Part shown: positions 23,501 to 38,500 of the stretch, piece by piece
Layout of the letters: every line of letters begins with the position of its first letter
How positions within the stretch are numbered: position 1 is the stretch's first letter
Assembly: GCA_030390025.1 (NCBI GenBank)
Contig: CM059432.1
Span: 33,606,001-33,670,000, forward strand
Source: Squalus acanthias
Taxonomy: Eukaryota
Direction: 5' to 3'
Length of the DNA stretch: 64,000 nucleotides
Made by a program: the position numbers and the translations under genes
Notes under the pieces: generated by a model
What the model was told of the DNA's origin: nothing
Seen by the model: the letters and a program-made list of their open reading frames with translations, nothing else
Database searches by the model: none

Positions 23501-26500
23501 TCTCGAATGTATGAGGCTGTGTCTCTGGACTGTATGAGGCTGTGTCTATGGACTGTATGAGGCTGTGTCTCTGGACTGTATGAGGTTCTGTCTCTGGACT
23601 ATATGAGACCTTGTCTCTGGAATGTATGAGGCTGTGTCTCTGGACTGTATGAGGCTGTGTCCTTGGACTGTATGAGGCTGTGTCTCTGGACTGTATGAGG
23701 TTGTGTCTCTGGACTGTATGAGACTGTGTCTCTGGACTGTATGAGGCTGTGTCTCAGGACTGTATGAGGCTGTGTCTCTGGACTGTATGAGGTTGTGTCT
23801 CTGGACTGTATGAGGCTGTGTCTCTGGACTGTATGAGGTTGTGCCTCTGGACTGTATGAGGCTGTGTCTCTGGATTGTATGAGGCTGTGACTCTGGACTG
23901 TATGAGGCTGTGTCTCTGGATTGTATCAGGCTGTGTCTCTGGACTGTATGAGGCTGTGTCTCTGGACTGTATGAGGTTGTGTCTCTGGACTCTATGAGGC
24001 TGTGTCTCTGGACTGTATGAGGTTGTGCCTCTGGACTGTATGAGGCTGTGTTACTGGACTGTATGAGGCTTTGTCTCTGGACTGTATGAGGCTGTGTCTC
24101 TGGACTGTATGAGGCTGTGCCCCTGGAAAACATGATACTGTGTCTCTGGAATGAATGACGCTGTGTCTCTAGACTGAATGAGGCTGTGTCTCTGGACTGC
24201 ATGAGGCTGTGTCCCTGGACTGTACGAGGCTGTGTTTCTGGACTGCATGAGGTTGTGTCTTTGGACTGTACGAGGCTGTCTCTGGGCTGTATGAGGCTCT
24301 GTCTCTGGGCTGTATGAGGCTGTGTCTCTGGACTGTATGAGGCTGTGTCTCTGGACTGTATGAGGTTGTGTCTCTGGACTATATGAGACCTTGTCTCTGG
24401 AATGTATGAGGCTGTGTCTCTGGACTGTATGAGGTTGTGTCTCTGGACTGTATGAGGCTGTGACTCTGGACTGTATGAGGCTGTGTCTCTGGACTGTATG
24501 AGACTGTGTCTCTGGACTGTATGAGACTGTGTCTCTGGATTGTATGAGGCTGTGACTCTGGAGTATATGAGGCTGTGACTCTGGACAGTATGAGGCATTG
24601 TCTCTGGACTGTATGAGGTTGTGTCTCTGGACTGTATGAGGTTGTGTCTCTGGACTGTATGAGGCTGTGTCTCTGGATTGTATGAGGCTGTGTCTCTGGA
24701 CTGTATGAGGTTGTGTCTCTGGACTGTATGAGGCTGTGTCTCTGGATTGTATGAGGCTGTGTCTCTGGATTGTATGAGGCTGTGTGTCTGGACTGTATGA
24801 GGCTGTGTCTCTGGACTGTATGAGGCTGTGTCTCTGGACTGTATGAGGCTGTGTCTCTGGACTGTATGAGGCTGTGTTTCTGGACTGCGTGAGGTTGTGT
24901 CTCTGGACTGTACGAGGCTGTCTCTGGGCTGTATGAGGCTCTGTCTCTGGGCTGTATGAGGCTGTGTCTCTCGACTGTATGAGGCTGTGTCTCTGGACTG
25001 TATGAGGCTGTGTCTCTGGACTGTATGAGGCTGTGTCTCTGGACTGTATGAGGTTGTGTCTCTGGACTATATGAGACCTTGTCTCTGGAATGTATGAGGC
25101 TGTGTCTCTGGATTGTATGAGGCTGTGTCCTTGGACTGTATGAGGCTGTGTCTCTGGACTGTATGAGGTTGTGTCTCTGGACTGTATGAGGCTGTGACTC
25201 TGGACTGTATGAGGTTGTGTCTCTGGACTATATGAGACCTTGTCTCTGGAATGTATGAGGCTGTGTCTCTGGACTGTATGAGGTTGTGTCTCTGGACTGT
25301 ATGAGGCTGTGACTCTGGACTGTATGAGGCTGTGTCTCTGGACTGTATGAGACTGTGTCTCTGGACTGTATGAGGTTGTGTCTCTGGACTATATGAGACC
25401 TTGTCTCTGGAATGTATGAGGCTGTGACTCTGGACAGTATGAGGCATTGTCTCTGGACTGTATGAGGTTGTGTCTCTGGACTGTATGAGGTTGTGTCTCT
25501 GCACTGTATGAGGTTGTGTCTCTGGACTATATGAGGCTGTGACTCTGGACTGTATGAGGCTGTGTCTCTGGACTGTATGAGACTGTGTCTCTGGACTGTA
25601 TGAGACTGTGTCTCTGGACTGTATGAGGCTGTGTCTCTGGACTGTATGAGGCTGTGACTCTGGAGTATATGAGGCTGTGACTCTGGACAGTATGAGGCAT
25701 TGTCTCTGGACTGTATGAGGTTGTGTCTCTGGACTGTATGAGGTTGTGTCTCTGGACTGTATGAGGCTGTGTCTCTGGATTGTATGAGGCTGTGTCTCTG
25801 GACTGTATGAGGCTGTGTCTCTGGACTGTATGAGGCTGTGTTTCTGGACTGCGTGAGGTTGTGTCTCTGGACTGTACGAGGCTGTCTCTGGGCTGTATGA
25901 GGCTGTGTCTCTGGACTGTATGAGGCTCTGTCTCTGGACTGTATGAGGTTGTGTCTCTGGAGTATATGAGACCTTGTCTCTGGAATGTATGAGGCTGTGT
26001 CTCTGGACTGTATGAGGCTGTGTCCTTGGACTGTATGAGGCTGTGTCTCTGCACTGTATGAGGTTGTGTCTCTGGACTGTATGAGACTGTGTCTCTGGAC
26101 TGTATGAGGCTGTGTCTCTGGAATGTATGAGGCTGTGTCTCTGGACTGTATGAGGTTGTGTCTCTGGACTGTATGAGGCTGTGTCTCTGGACTGTATGAG
26201 GTTGTGCCTCTGGACTGTATGAGGCTGTGTCTCTGGATTGTATGAGGCTGTGACTCTGGACTGTATGAGGCTATTTCTGGATTGTATCAGGCTGTGTCTC
26301 TGGACTGTATGAGGCTGTGTCTCTGGACTGTATGAGGTTGTGTCTCTGGACTGTATGAGGCTGTGTCTCTGGACTGTATGAGGTTGTGCCTCTGGACTGT
26401 ATGAGGCTGTGTCTCTGGACTGTATGAGGCTTTGTCTCTGGACTGTATGAGGCTGTGTCTCTGGACTGTATGAGGCTGTGCCCCTGGAAAACATGATACT

Positions 26501-29500
26501 GTGTCTCTGGGATGAATGACGCTGTGTCTCTAGACTGAATGAGGCTGTGTCTCTGGACTGCATGAGGCTGTGTCCCTGGACTGTACGAGGCTGTGTTTCT
26601 GGACTGCATGAGGTTGTGTCTTTGGACTGTACGAGGCTGTCTCTGGGCTGTATGAGGCTGTGACTCTGGACAGTATGAGGCATTGTCTCTGGACTGTATG
26701 AGGTTGTGTCTCTGGACTGTATGAGGTTGTGTCTCTGGACTGTATGAGGCTGTGTCTCTGGATTGTATGAGGCTGTGTCTCTGGACTGTATGAGGTTGTG
26801 TCTCTGGACTGTATGAGGCTGTGTCTCTGGATTGTATGAGGCTCTGTCTCTGGATTGTATGAGGCTGTGTGTCTGGACTGTATGAGGCTGTGTCTCTGGA
26901 CTGTATGAGCTGTGTCTCTGGAATGTATGAGGCTGTGTCTCTGGATTGTATGAGGCTGTGTCTCTGGACTGTATGAGGCTGTGTCTCTGGACTGTATGAG
27001 GCTGTGTTTCTGGACTGCGTGAGGTTGTGTCTCTGGACTGTATGAGGCTGTCTCTGGGCTGTATGAGGCTCTGTCTCTGGGCTGTATGAGGCTGTGTCTC
27101 TCGACTGTATGAGGCTGTGTCTCTGGACTGTATGAGGCTGTGTCTCTGGACTGTATGAGGCTGTGTCTCTGGACTGTATGAGGTTGTGTCTCTGGACTAT
27201 ATGAGACCTTGTCTCTGGAATGTATGAGGCTGTGTCTCTGGACTGTATGAGGCTGTGTCCTTGGACTGTATGAGGCTGTGTCTCTGGACTGTATGAGGTT
27301 GTGTCTCTGGACTGTATGAGGCTGTGTCTCTCGGACTGTATGAGGCTGTGTCTCTGGACTGTATGAGGTTGTGTCTCTGGACTATATGAGACCTTGTCTC
27401 TGGAAAGTATGAGGCTGTGTCTCTGGACTGTATGAGGTTGTGTCTCTGGACTGTATGAGGCTGTGACTCTGGACTGTATGAGGCTGTGTCTCTGGACTGT
27501 ATGAGACTGTGTCTCTGGACTGTATGAGACTGTGTTTCTGGACTGCATGAGGTTGTGTCTTTGGACTGTACGAGGCTGTCTCTGGGCTGTATGAGGCTCT
27601 GTCTCTGGGCTGTATGAGGCTGTGTCTCTGGACTGTATGAGGCTGTGTCTCTGGACTGTATGAGGTTGTGTCTCTGGACTATATGAGACCTTGTCTCTGG
27701 AATGTATGAGGCTGTGTCTCTGGACTGTATGAGGTTGTGTCTCTGGACTGTATGAGGCTGTGACTCTGGACTGTATGAGACTGTGTCTCTGGATTGTATG
27801 AGACTGTGTCTCTGGACTATATGAGACCTTGTCTCTGGAATGTATGAGGCTGTGTCTCTGGACTGTATGAGGTTGTGTCTCTGGACTGTATGAGGCTGTG
27901 ACTCTGGACTGTATGAGACTGTGTCTCTGGATTGTATGAGACTGTGTCTCTGGACTGTATGAGGCTGTGACTCTGGAGTATATGAGGCTGTGACTCTGGA
28001 CTGTATGAGACTGTGTCTCTGGATTGTATGAGACTGTGTCTCTGGACTGTATGAGGCTGTGACTCTGGAGTATATGAGGCTGTGACTCTGGACAGTATGA
28101 GGCATTGTCTCTGGACTGTATGAGGTTGTGTCTCTGGACTGTATGAGGTTGTGTCTCTGGACTGTATGAGGTTGTGTCTCTGGACTGTATGAGGCTGTGT
28201 CTCTGGATTGTATGAGGCTGTGTCTCTGGATTGTATGAGGCTGTGTGTCTGGACTGTATGAGGCTGTGTCTCTGGACTGTATGAGGCTCTGTCTCTGGGC
28301 TGTATGAGGCTGTGTCTCTCGAATGTATGAGGCTGTGTCTCTGGACTGTATGAGGCTGTGTCTATGGACTGTATGAGGCTGTGTCTCTGGACTGTATGAG
28401 GTTCTGTCTCTGGACTATATGAGACCTTGTCTCTGGAATGTATGAGGCTGTGTCTCTGGACTGTATGAGGCTGTGTCCTTGGACTGTATGAGGCTGTGTC
28501 TCTGGACTGTATGAGGTTGTGTCTCTGGACTGTATGAGACTGTGTCTCTGGACTGTATGAGGCTGTGTCTCAGGACTGTATGAGGCTGTGTCTCTGGACT
28601 GTATGAGGTTGTGTCTCTGGACTGTATGAGGCTGTGTCTCTGGACTGTATGAGGTTGTGCCTCTGGACTGTATGAGGCTGTGTCTCTGGATTGTATGAGG
28701 CTGTGACTCTGGACTGTATGAGGCTGTGTCTCTGGATTGTATCAGGCTGTGTCTCTGGACTGTATGAGGCTGTGTCTCTGGACTGTATGAGGTTGTGTCT
28801 CTGGACTCTATGAGGCTGTGTCTCTGGACTGTATGAGGTTGTGCCTCTGGACTGTATGAGGCTGTGTTACTGGACTGTATGAGGCTTTGTCTCTGGACTG
28901 TATGAGGCTGTGTCTCTGGACTGTATGAGGCTGTGCCCCTGGAAAACATGATACTGTGTCTCTGGAATGAATGACGCTGTGTCTCTAGACTGAATGAGGC
29001 TGTGTTTCTGGACTGCATGAGGTTGTGTCTTTGGACTGTACGAGGCTGTCTCTGGGCTGTATGAGGCTCTGTCTCTGGGCTGTATGAGGCTGTGTCTCTG
29101 GACTGTATGAGGCTATGTCTCTGGACTGTATGAGGTTGTGTCTCTGGACTATATGAGACCTTGTCTCTGGAATGTATGAGGCTGTGTCTCTGGACTGTAT
29201 GAGGTTGTGTCTCTGGACTGTATGAGGCTGTGACTCTGGACTGTATGAGGCTGTGTCTCTGGACTGTATGAGACTCTGTCTCTGGACTGTATGAGACTGT
29301 GTCTCTGGATTGTATGAGGCTGTGACTCTGGAGTATATGAGGCTGTGACTCTGGACAGTATGAGGCATTGTCTCTGGACTGTATGAGGTTGTGTCTCTGG
29401 ACTGTATGAGGTTGTGTCTCTGGACTGTATGAGGCTGTGTCTCTGGATTGTATGAGGCTGTGTCTCTGGACTGTATGAGGTTGTGTCTCTGGACTGTATG

Positions 29501-32500
29501 AGGCTGTGTCTCTGGATTGTATGAGGCTGTGTCTCTGGATTGTATGAGGCTGTGTGTCTGGACTGTATGAGGCTGTGTCTCTGGACTGTATGAGGCTGTT
29601 TCTCTGGACTGTATGAGGCTGTGTCTCTGGATTGTATGAGGCTGTGTCTCTGGACTGTATGAGGCTGTGTCTCTGGACTGTATGAGGCTGTGTTTCTGGA
29701 CTGCGTGAGGTTGTGTCTCTGGACTGTACGAGGCTGTCTCTGGGCTGTATGAGGCTCTGTCTCTGGGCTGTATGAGGCTGTGTCTCTCGACTGTATGAGG
29801 CTGTGTCTCTGGACTGTATGAGGCTGTGTCTCTGGACTGTATGAGGCTGTGTCTCTGGACTGTATGAGGTTGTGTCTCTGGACTATATGAGACCTTGTCT
29901 CTGGAATGTATGAGGCTGTGTCTCTGGACTGTATGAGGCTGTGTCCTTGGACTGTATGAGGCTGTGTCTCTGGACTGTATGAGGTTGTGTCTCTGGACTG
30001 TATGAGGCTGTGACTCTGGACTGTATGAGGTTGTGTCTCTGGACTATATGAGACCTTGTCTCTGGAATGTATGAGGCTGTGTCTCTGGACTGTATGAGGT
30101 TGTGTCTCTGGACTGTATGAGGCTGTGACTCTGGACTGTATGAGGCTGTGTCTCTGGACTGTATGAGACTGTGTCTCTGGACTGTATGAGACTGTGTTTC
30201 TGGACTGCATGAGGTTGTGTCTTTGGACTGTACGAGGCTGTCTCTGGGCTGTATGAGGCTCTGTCTCTGGGCTGTATGAGGCTGTGTCTCTGGACTGTAT
30301 GAGGCTGTGTCTCTGGACTGTATGAGGTTGTGTCTCTGGACTATATGAGACCTTGTCTCTGGAATGTATGAGGCTGTGTCTCTGGACTGTATGAGGTTGT
30401 GTCTCTGGACTGTATGAGCTGTGACTCTGGACTGTATGAGACTGTGTCTCTGGATTGTATGAGACTGTGTCTCTGGACTGTATGAGGCTGTGACTCTGGA
30501 GTATATGAGGCTGTGACTCTGGACAGTATGAGGCATTGTCTCTGGACTGTATGAGGTTGTGTCTCTGGACTGTATGAGGTTGTGTCTCTGGACTGTATGA
30601 GGTTGTGTCTCTGGACTGTATGAGGCTGTGTCTCTGGATTGTATGAGGCTGTGTCTCTGGATTGTATGAGGCTGTGTGTCTGGACTGTATGAGGCTGTGT
30701 CTCTGGACTGTATGAGGCTCTGTCTCTGGGCTGTATGAGGCTGTGTCTCTCGAATGTATGAGGCTGTGTCTCTGGACTGTATGAGGCTGTGTCTATGGAC
30801 TGTATGAGGCTGTGTCTCTGGACTGTATGAGGTTCTGTCTCTGGACTATATGAGACCTTGTCTCTGGAATGTATGAGGCTGTGTCTCTGGACTGTATGAG
30901 GCTGTGTCCTTGGACTGTATGAGGCTGTGTCTCTGGACTGTATGAGGTTGTGTCTCTGGACTGTATGAGACTGTGTCTCTGGACTGTATGAGGCTGTATC
31001 TCAGTACTGTATGAGGCTGTGTCTCTGGACTGTATGAGGTTGTGTCTCTGGACTGTATGAGGCTGTGTCTCTGGACTGTATGAGGTTGTGCCTCTGGACT
31101 GTATGAGGCTGTGTCTCTGGATTGTATGAGGCTGTGACTCTGGACTGTATGAGGCTGTGTCTCTGGATTGTATCAGGCTGTGTCTCTGGACTGTATGAGG
31201 CTGTGTCTCTGGACTGTATGAGGTTGTGTCTCTGGACTCTATGAGGCTGTGTCTCTGGACTGTATGAGGTTGTGCCTCTGGACTGTATGAGGCTGTGTTA
31301 CTGGACTGTATGAGGCTTTGTCTCTGGACTGTATGAGGCTGTGTCTCTGGATTGTATGAGGCTGTGTCTCTGGATTGTATGAGGCTGTGTGTCTGGACTG
31401 TATGAGGCTGTGTCTCTGGACTGTATGAGGCTGTGTCTCTGGACTGTATGAGGCTGTGTCTCTGGATTGTATGAGGCTGTGTCTCTGGACTGTATGAGGC
31501 TGTGTCTCTGGACTGTATGAGGCTGTGTTTCTGGACTGCGTGAGGTTGTGTCTCTGGACTGTACGAGGCTGTCTCTGGGCTGTATGAGGCTCTGTCTCTG
31601 GGCTGTATGAGGCTGTGTCTCTCGACTGTATGAGGCTGTGTCTCTGGACTGTATGAGGCTGTGTCTCTGGACTGTATGAGGCTGTGTCTCTGGACTGTAT
31701 GAGGTTGTGTCTCTGGACTATATGAGACCTTGTCTCTGGAATGTATGAGGCTGTGTCTCTGGACTGTATGAGGCTGTGTCCTTGGACTGTATGAGGCTGT
31801 GTCTCTGGACTGTATGAGGTTGTGTCTCTGGACTGTATGAGGCTGTGACTCTGGACTGTATGAGGTTGTGTCTCTGGACTATATGAGACCTTGTCTCTGG
31901 AATGTATGAGGCTGTGTCTCTGGACTGTATGAGGTTGTGTCTCTGGACTGTATGAGGCTGTGACTCTGGACTGTATGAGGCTGTGTCTCTGGACTGTATG
32001 AGACTGTGTCTCTGGACTGTATGAGACTGTGTTTCTGGACTGCATGAGGTTGTGTCTTTGGACTGTACGAGGCTGTCTCTGGGCTGTATGAGGCTATGTC
32101 TCTGGGCTGTATGAGGCTGTGTCTCTGGACTGTATGAGGCTGTGTCTCTGGACTGTATGAGGTTGTGTCTCTGGACTATATGAGACCTTGTCTCTGGAAT
32201 GTATGAGGCTGTGTCTCTGGACTGTATGAGGTTGTGTCTCTGGACTGTATGAGGCTGTGACTCTGGACTGTATGAGACTGTGTCTCTGGATTGTATGAGA
32301 CTGTGTCTCTGGACTGTATGAGGCTGTGACTCTGGAGTATATGAGGCTGTGACTCTGGACAGTATGAGGCATTGTCTCTGGACTGTATGAGGTTGTGTCT
32401 CTGGACTGTATGAGGTTGTGTCTCTGGACTGTATGAGGTTGTGTCTCTGGACTGTATGAGGCTGTGTCTCTGGATTGTATGAGGCTGTGTCTCTGGATTG

Positions 32501-35500
32501 TATGAGGCTGTGTGTCTGGACTGTATGAGGCTGTGTCTCTGGACTGTATGAGGCTCTGTCTCTGGGCTGTATGAGGCTGTGTCTCTCGAATGTATGAGGC
32601 TGTGTCTCTGGACTGTATGAGGCTGTGTCTATGGACTGTATGAGGCTGTGTCTCTGGACTGTATGAGGTTCTGTCTCTGGACTATATGAGACCTTGTCTC
32701 TGGAATGTATGAGGCTGTGTCTCTGGACTGTATGAGGCTGTGTCCTTGGACTGTATGAGGCTGTGTCTCTGGACTGTATGAGGTTGTGTCTCTGGACTGT
32801 ATGAGACTGTGTCTCTGGACTGTATGAGGCTGTATCTCAGGACTGTATGAGGCTGTGTCTCTGGACTGTATGAGGTTGTGTCTCTGGACTGTATGAGGCT
32901 GTGTCTCTGGACTGTATGAGGTTGTGCCTCTGGACTGTATGAGGCTGTGTCTCTGGATTGTATGAGGCTGTGACTCTGGACTGTATGAGGCTGTGTCTCT
33001 GGATTGTATCAGGCTGTATCTCTGGACTGTATGAGGCTGTGTCTCTGGACTGTATGAGGTTGTGTCTCTGGACTCTATGAGGCTGTGTCTCTGGACTGTA
33101 TGAGGTTGTGCCTCTGGACTGTATGAGGCTGTGTTACTGGACTGTATGAGGCTTTGTCTCTGGACTGTATGAGGCTGTGTCTCTGGACTGTATGAGGCTG
33201 TGCCCCTGGAAAACATGATACTGTGTCTCTGGAATGAATGACGCTGTGTCTCTAGACTGAATGAGGCTGTGTTTCTGGACTGCATGAGGTTGTGTCTTTG
33301 GACTGTACGAGGCTGTCTCTGGGCTGTATGAGGCTCTGTCTCTGGGCTGTATGAGGCTGTGTCTCTGGACTGTATGAGGCTGTGTCTCTGGACTGTATGA
33401 GGTTGTGTCTCTGGACTATATGAGACCTTGTCTCTGGAATGTATGAGGCTGTGTCTCTGGACTGTATGAGGTTGTGTCTCTGGACTGTATGAGGCTGTGA
33501 CTCTGGACTGTATGAGGCTGTGTCTCTGGACTGTATGAGACTGTGTCTCTGGACTGTATGAGACTGTGTCTCTGGATTGTATGAGGCTGTGACTCTGGAG
33601 TATATGAGGCTGTGACTCTGGACAGTATGAGGCATTGTCTCTGGACTGTATGAGGTTGTGTCTCTGGACTGTATGAGGTTGTGTCTCTGGACTGTATGAG
33701 GCTGTGTCTCTGGATTGTATGAGGCTGTGTCTCTGGACTGTATGAGGTTGTGTCTCTGGACTGTATGAGGCTGTGTCTCTGGATTGTATGAGGCTGTGTC
33801 TCTGGATTGTATGAGGCTGTGTGTCTGGACTGTATGAGGCTGTGTCTCTGGACTGTATGAGGCTGTTTCTCTGGACTGTATGAGGCTGTGTCTCTGGATT
33901 GTATGAGGCTGTGTCTCTGGACTGTATGAGGCTGTGTCTCTGGACTGTATGAGGCTGTGTTTCTGGACTGCTTGAGGTTGTGTCTCTGGACTGTACGAGG
34001 CTGTCTCTGGGCTGTATGAGGCTCTGTCTCTGGGCTGTATGAGGCTGTGTCTCTCGACTGTATGAGGCTGTGTCTCTGGACTGTATGAGGCTGTGTCTCT
34101 GGACTGTATGAGGCTGTGTCTCTGGACTGTATGAGGTTGTGTCTCTGGACTATATGAGACCTTGTCTCTGGAATGTATGAGGCTGTGTCTCTGGACTGTA
34201 TGAGGCTGTGTCCTTGGACTATATGAGGCTGTGTCTCTGGACTGTATGAGGTTGTGTCTCTGGACTGTATGAGGCTGTGTCTCTGGACTGTATGAGGTTG
34301 TGTCTCTGGAGTATATGAGACCTTGTCTCTGGAATGTATGAGGCTGTGTCTCTGGACTGTATGAGGCTGTGTCCTTGGACTGTATGAGGCTGTGTCTCTG
34401 CACTGTATGAGGTTGTGTCTCTGGACTGTATGAGACTGTGTCTCTGGACTGTATGAGGCTGTGTCTCTGGACTGTATGAGGCTGTGTCTCTGGACTGTAT
34501 GAGGTTGTGTCTCTGGACTGTATGCGGCTGTGTCTCTGGACTGTATGAGGTTGTGCCTCTGGACTGTATGAGGCTGTGTCTCTGGATTGTATGAGGCTGT
34601 GACTCTGGACTGTATGAGGCTATTTCTGGATTGTATCAGGCTGTGTCTCTGGACTGTATGAGGCTGTGTCTCTGGACTGTATGAGGTTGTGTCTCTGGAC
34701 TGTATGAGGCTGTGTCTCTGGACTGTATGAGGTTGTGCCTCTGGACTGTATGAGGCTGCGTCTCTGGACTGTATGAGGCTTTGTCTCTGGACTGTATGAG
34801 GCTGTCTCTCTGGACTGTATGAGGCTGTGCCCCTGGAAAACATGATACTGTGTCTCTGGGATGAATGACGCTGTGTCTCTAGACTGAATGAGGCTGTGTC
34901 TCTGGACTGCATGAGGCTGTGTCCCTGGACTGTACGAGGCTGTGTTTCTGGACTGCATGAGGTTGTGTCTTTGGACTGTACGAGGCTGTCTCTGGGCTGT
35001 ATGAGGCTGTGACTCTGGACAGTATGAGGCATTGTCTCTGGACTGTATGAGGTTGTGTCTCTGGACTGTATGAGGTTGTGTCTCTGGACTGTATGAGGCT
35101 GTGTCTCTGGATTGTATGAGGCTGTGTCTCTGGACTGTATGAGGTTGTGTCTCTGGACTGTATGAGGCTGTGTCTCTGGATTGTATGAGGCTCTGTCTCT
35201 GGATTGTATGAGGCTGTGTGTCTGGACTGTATGAGGCTGTGTCTCTGGACTGTATGAGGCTGTGTCTCTGGAATGTATGAGGCTGTGTCTCTGGATTGTA
35301 TGAGGCTGTGTCTCTGGACTGTATGAGGCTGTGTCTCTGGACTATATGAGGCTGTGTTTCTGGACTGCGTGAGGTTGTGTCTCTGGACTGTATGAGGCTG
35401 TCTCTGGGCTGTATGAGGCTCTGTCTCTGGGCTGTATGAGGCTGTGTCTCTCGACTGTATGAGGCTGTGTCTCTGGACTGTATGAGGCTGTGTCTCTGGA

Positions 35501-38500
35501 CTGTATGAGGCTGTGTCTCTGGACTGTATGAGGTTGTGTCTCTGGACTATATGAGACCGTGTCTCTGGAATGTATGAGGCTGTGTCTCTGGACTGTATGA
35601 GGCTGTGTCCTTGGACTGTATGAGGCTGTGTCTCTGGACTGTATGAGGTTGTGTCTCTGGACTGTATGAGGCTGTGTCTCTCGACTGTATGAGGCTGTGT
35701 CTCTGGACTGTATGAGGTTGTGTCTCTGGACTATATGAGACCTTGTCTCTGGAAAGTATGAGGCTGTGTCTCTGGACTGTATGAGGTTGTGTCTCTGGAC
35801 TGTATGAGGCTGTGACTCTGGATTGTATGAGGCTGTGTCTCTGGACTGTATGAGACTGTGTCTCTGGACTGTATGAGACTGTGTTTCTGGACTGCATGAG
35901 GTTGTGTCTTTGGACTGTACGAGGCTGTCTCTGGGCTGTATGAGGCTCTGTCTCTGGGCTGTATGAGGCTGTGTCTCTGGACTGTATGAGGTTGTGTCTC
36001 TGGACTATATGAGACCTTGTCTCTGGAATGTATGAGGCTGTGTCTCTGGACTGTATGAGGTTGTGTCTCTGGACTGTATGAGGCTGTGACTCTGGACTGT
36101 ATGAGACTGTGTCTCTGGATTGTATGAGACTGTGTCTCTGGACTGTATGAGGCTGTGACTCTGGAGTATATGAGGCTGTGACTCTGGACAGTATGAGGCA
36201 TTGTCTCTGGACTGTATGAGGTTGTGTCTCTGGACTGTATGAGGTTGTGTCTCTGGACTGTATGAGGTTGTGTCTCTGGACTGTATGAGGCTGTGTCTCT
36301 GGATTGTATGAGGCTGTGTCTCTGGATTGTATGAGGCTGTGTGTCTGGACTGTATGAGGCTGTGTCTCTGGACTGTATGAGGCTCTGTCTCTGGGCTGTA
36401 TGAGGCTGTGTCTCTCGAATGTATGCGGCTGTGTCTCTGGACTGTATGAGGCTGTGTCTATGGACTGTATGAGGCTGTGTCTCTGGACTGTATGAGGTTC
36501 TGTCTCTGGACTATATGAGACCTTGTCTCTGGAATGTATGAGGCTGTGTCTCTGGACTGTATGAGGCTGTGTCCTTGGACTGTATGAGGCTGTGTCTCTG
36601 GACTGTATGAGGTTGTGTCTCTGGACTGTATGAGACTGTGTCTCTGGACTGTATGAGGCTGTATCTCAGGACTGTATGAGGCTGTGTCTCTGGACTGTAT
36701 GAGGTTGTGTCTCTGGACTGTATGAGGCTGTGTCTCTGGACTGTATGAGGTTGTGCCTCTGGACTGTATGAGGCTGTGTCTCTGGATTGTATGAGGCTGT
36801 GACTCTGGACTGTATGAGGCTGTGTCTCTGGATTGTATCAGGCTGTGTCTCTGGACTGTATGAGGCTGTGTCTCTGGACTGTATGAGGTTGTGTCTCTGG
36901 ACTCTATGAGGCTGTGTCTCTGGACTGTATGAGGTTGTGCCTCTGGACTGTATGAGGCTGTGTTACTGGACTGTATGAGGCTTTGTCTCTGGACTGTATG
37001 AGGCTGTGTCTCTGGACTGTATGAGGCTGTGCCCCTGGAAAACATGATACTGTGTCTCTGGAATGAATGACGCTGTGTCTCTAGACTGAATGAGGCTGTG
37101 TTTCTGGACTGCATGAGGTTGTGTCTTTGGACTGTACGAGGCTGTCTCTGGGCTGTATGAGGCTCTGTCTCTGGGCTGTATGAGGCTGTGTCTCTGGACT
37201 GTATGAGGCTGTGTCTCTGGACTGTATGAGGTTGTGTCTCTGGACTATATGAGACCTTGTCTCTGGAATGTATGAGGCTGTGTCTCTGGACTGTATGAGG
37301 TTGTGTCTCTGGACTGTATGAGGCTGTGACTCTGGACTGTATGAGACTGTGTCTCTGGACTGTATGAGACTGTGTCTCTGGACTGTATGAGACTGTGTCT
37401 CTGGACTGTATGAGGCTGTGACTCTGGAGTATATGAGGCTGTGACTCTGGACAGTATGAGGCATTGTCTCTGGACTGTATGAGGTTGTGTCTCTGGACTG
37501 TATGAGGTTGTGTCTCTGGACTGTATGAGGCTGTGTCTCTGGATTGTATGAGGCTGTGTCTCTGGACTGTATGAGGTTGTGTCTCTGGACTGTATGAGGC
37601 TGTGTCTCTGGATTGTATGAGGCTGTGTCTCTGGATTGTATGAGGCTGTGTGTCTGGACTGTATGAGGCTGTGTCTCTGGACTGTATGAGGCTGTGTCTC
37701 TGGACTGTATGAGGCTGTGTCTCTGGATTGTATGAGGCTGTGTCTCTGGACTGTATGAGGCTGTGTCTCTGGACTGTATGAGGCTGTGTTTCTGGACTGC
37801 GTGAGGTTGTGTCTCTGGACTGTACGAGGCTGTCTCTGGGCTGTATGAGGCTCTGTCTCTGGGCTGTATGAGGCTGTGTCTCTCGACTGTATGAGGCTGT
37901 GTCTCTGGACTGTATGAGGCTGTGTCTCTGGACTGTATGAGGCTGTGTCTCTGGACTGTATGAGGTTGTGTCTCTGGACTATATGAGACCTTGTCTCTGG
38001 AATGTATGAGGCTGTGTCTCTGGACTGTATGAGGCTGTGTCCTTGGACTGTATGAGGCTGTGACTCTGGACTGTATGAGGCTGTGTCTCTGGACTGTATG
38101 AGACTGTGTCTCTGGACTGTATGAGACTGTGTTTCTGGACTGCATGAGGTTGTGTCTTTGTACTGTACGAGGCTGTCTCTGGGCTGTATGAGGCTCTGTC
38201 TCTGGGCTGTATGAGGCTGTGTCTCTGGACTGTATGAGGCTGTGTCTCTGGACTGTATGAGGTTGTGTCTCTGGACTATATGAGACCTTGTCTCTGGAAT
38301 GTATGAGGCTGTGTCTCTGGACTGTATGAGGTTGTGTCTCTGGACTGTATGAGGCTGTCACTCTGGACTGTATGAGACTGTGTCTCTGGATTGTATGAGA
38401 CTGTGTCACTGGACTGTATGAGGCTGTGACTCTGGAGTATATGAGGCTGTGACTCTGGACAGTATGAGGCATTGTCTCTGGACTGTATGAGGTTGTGTCT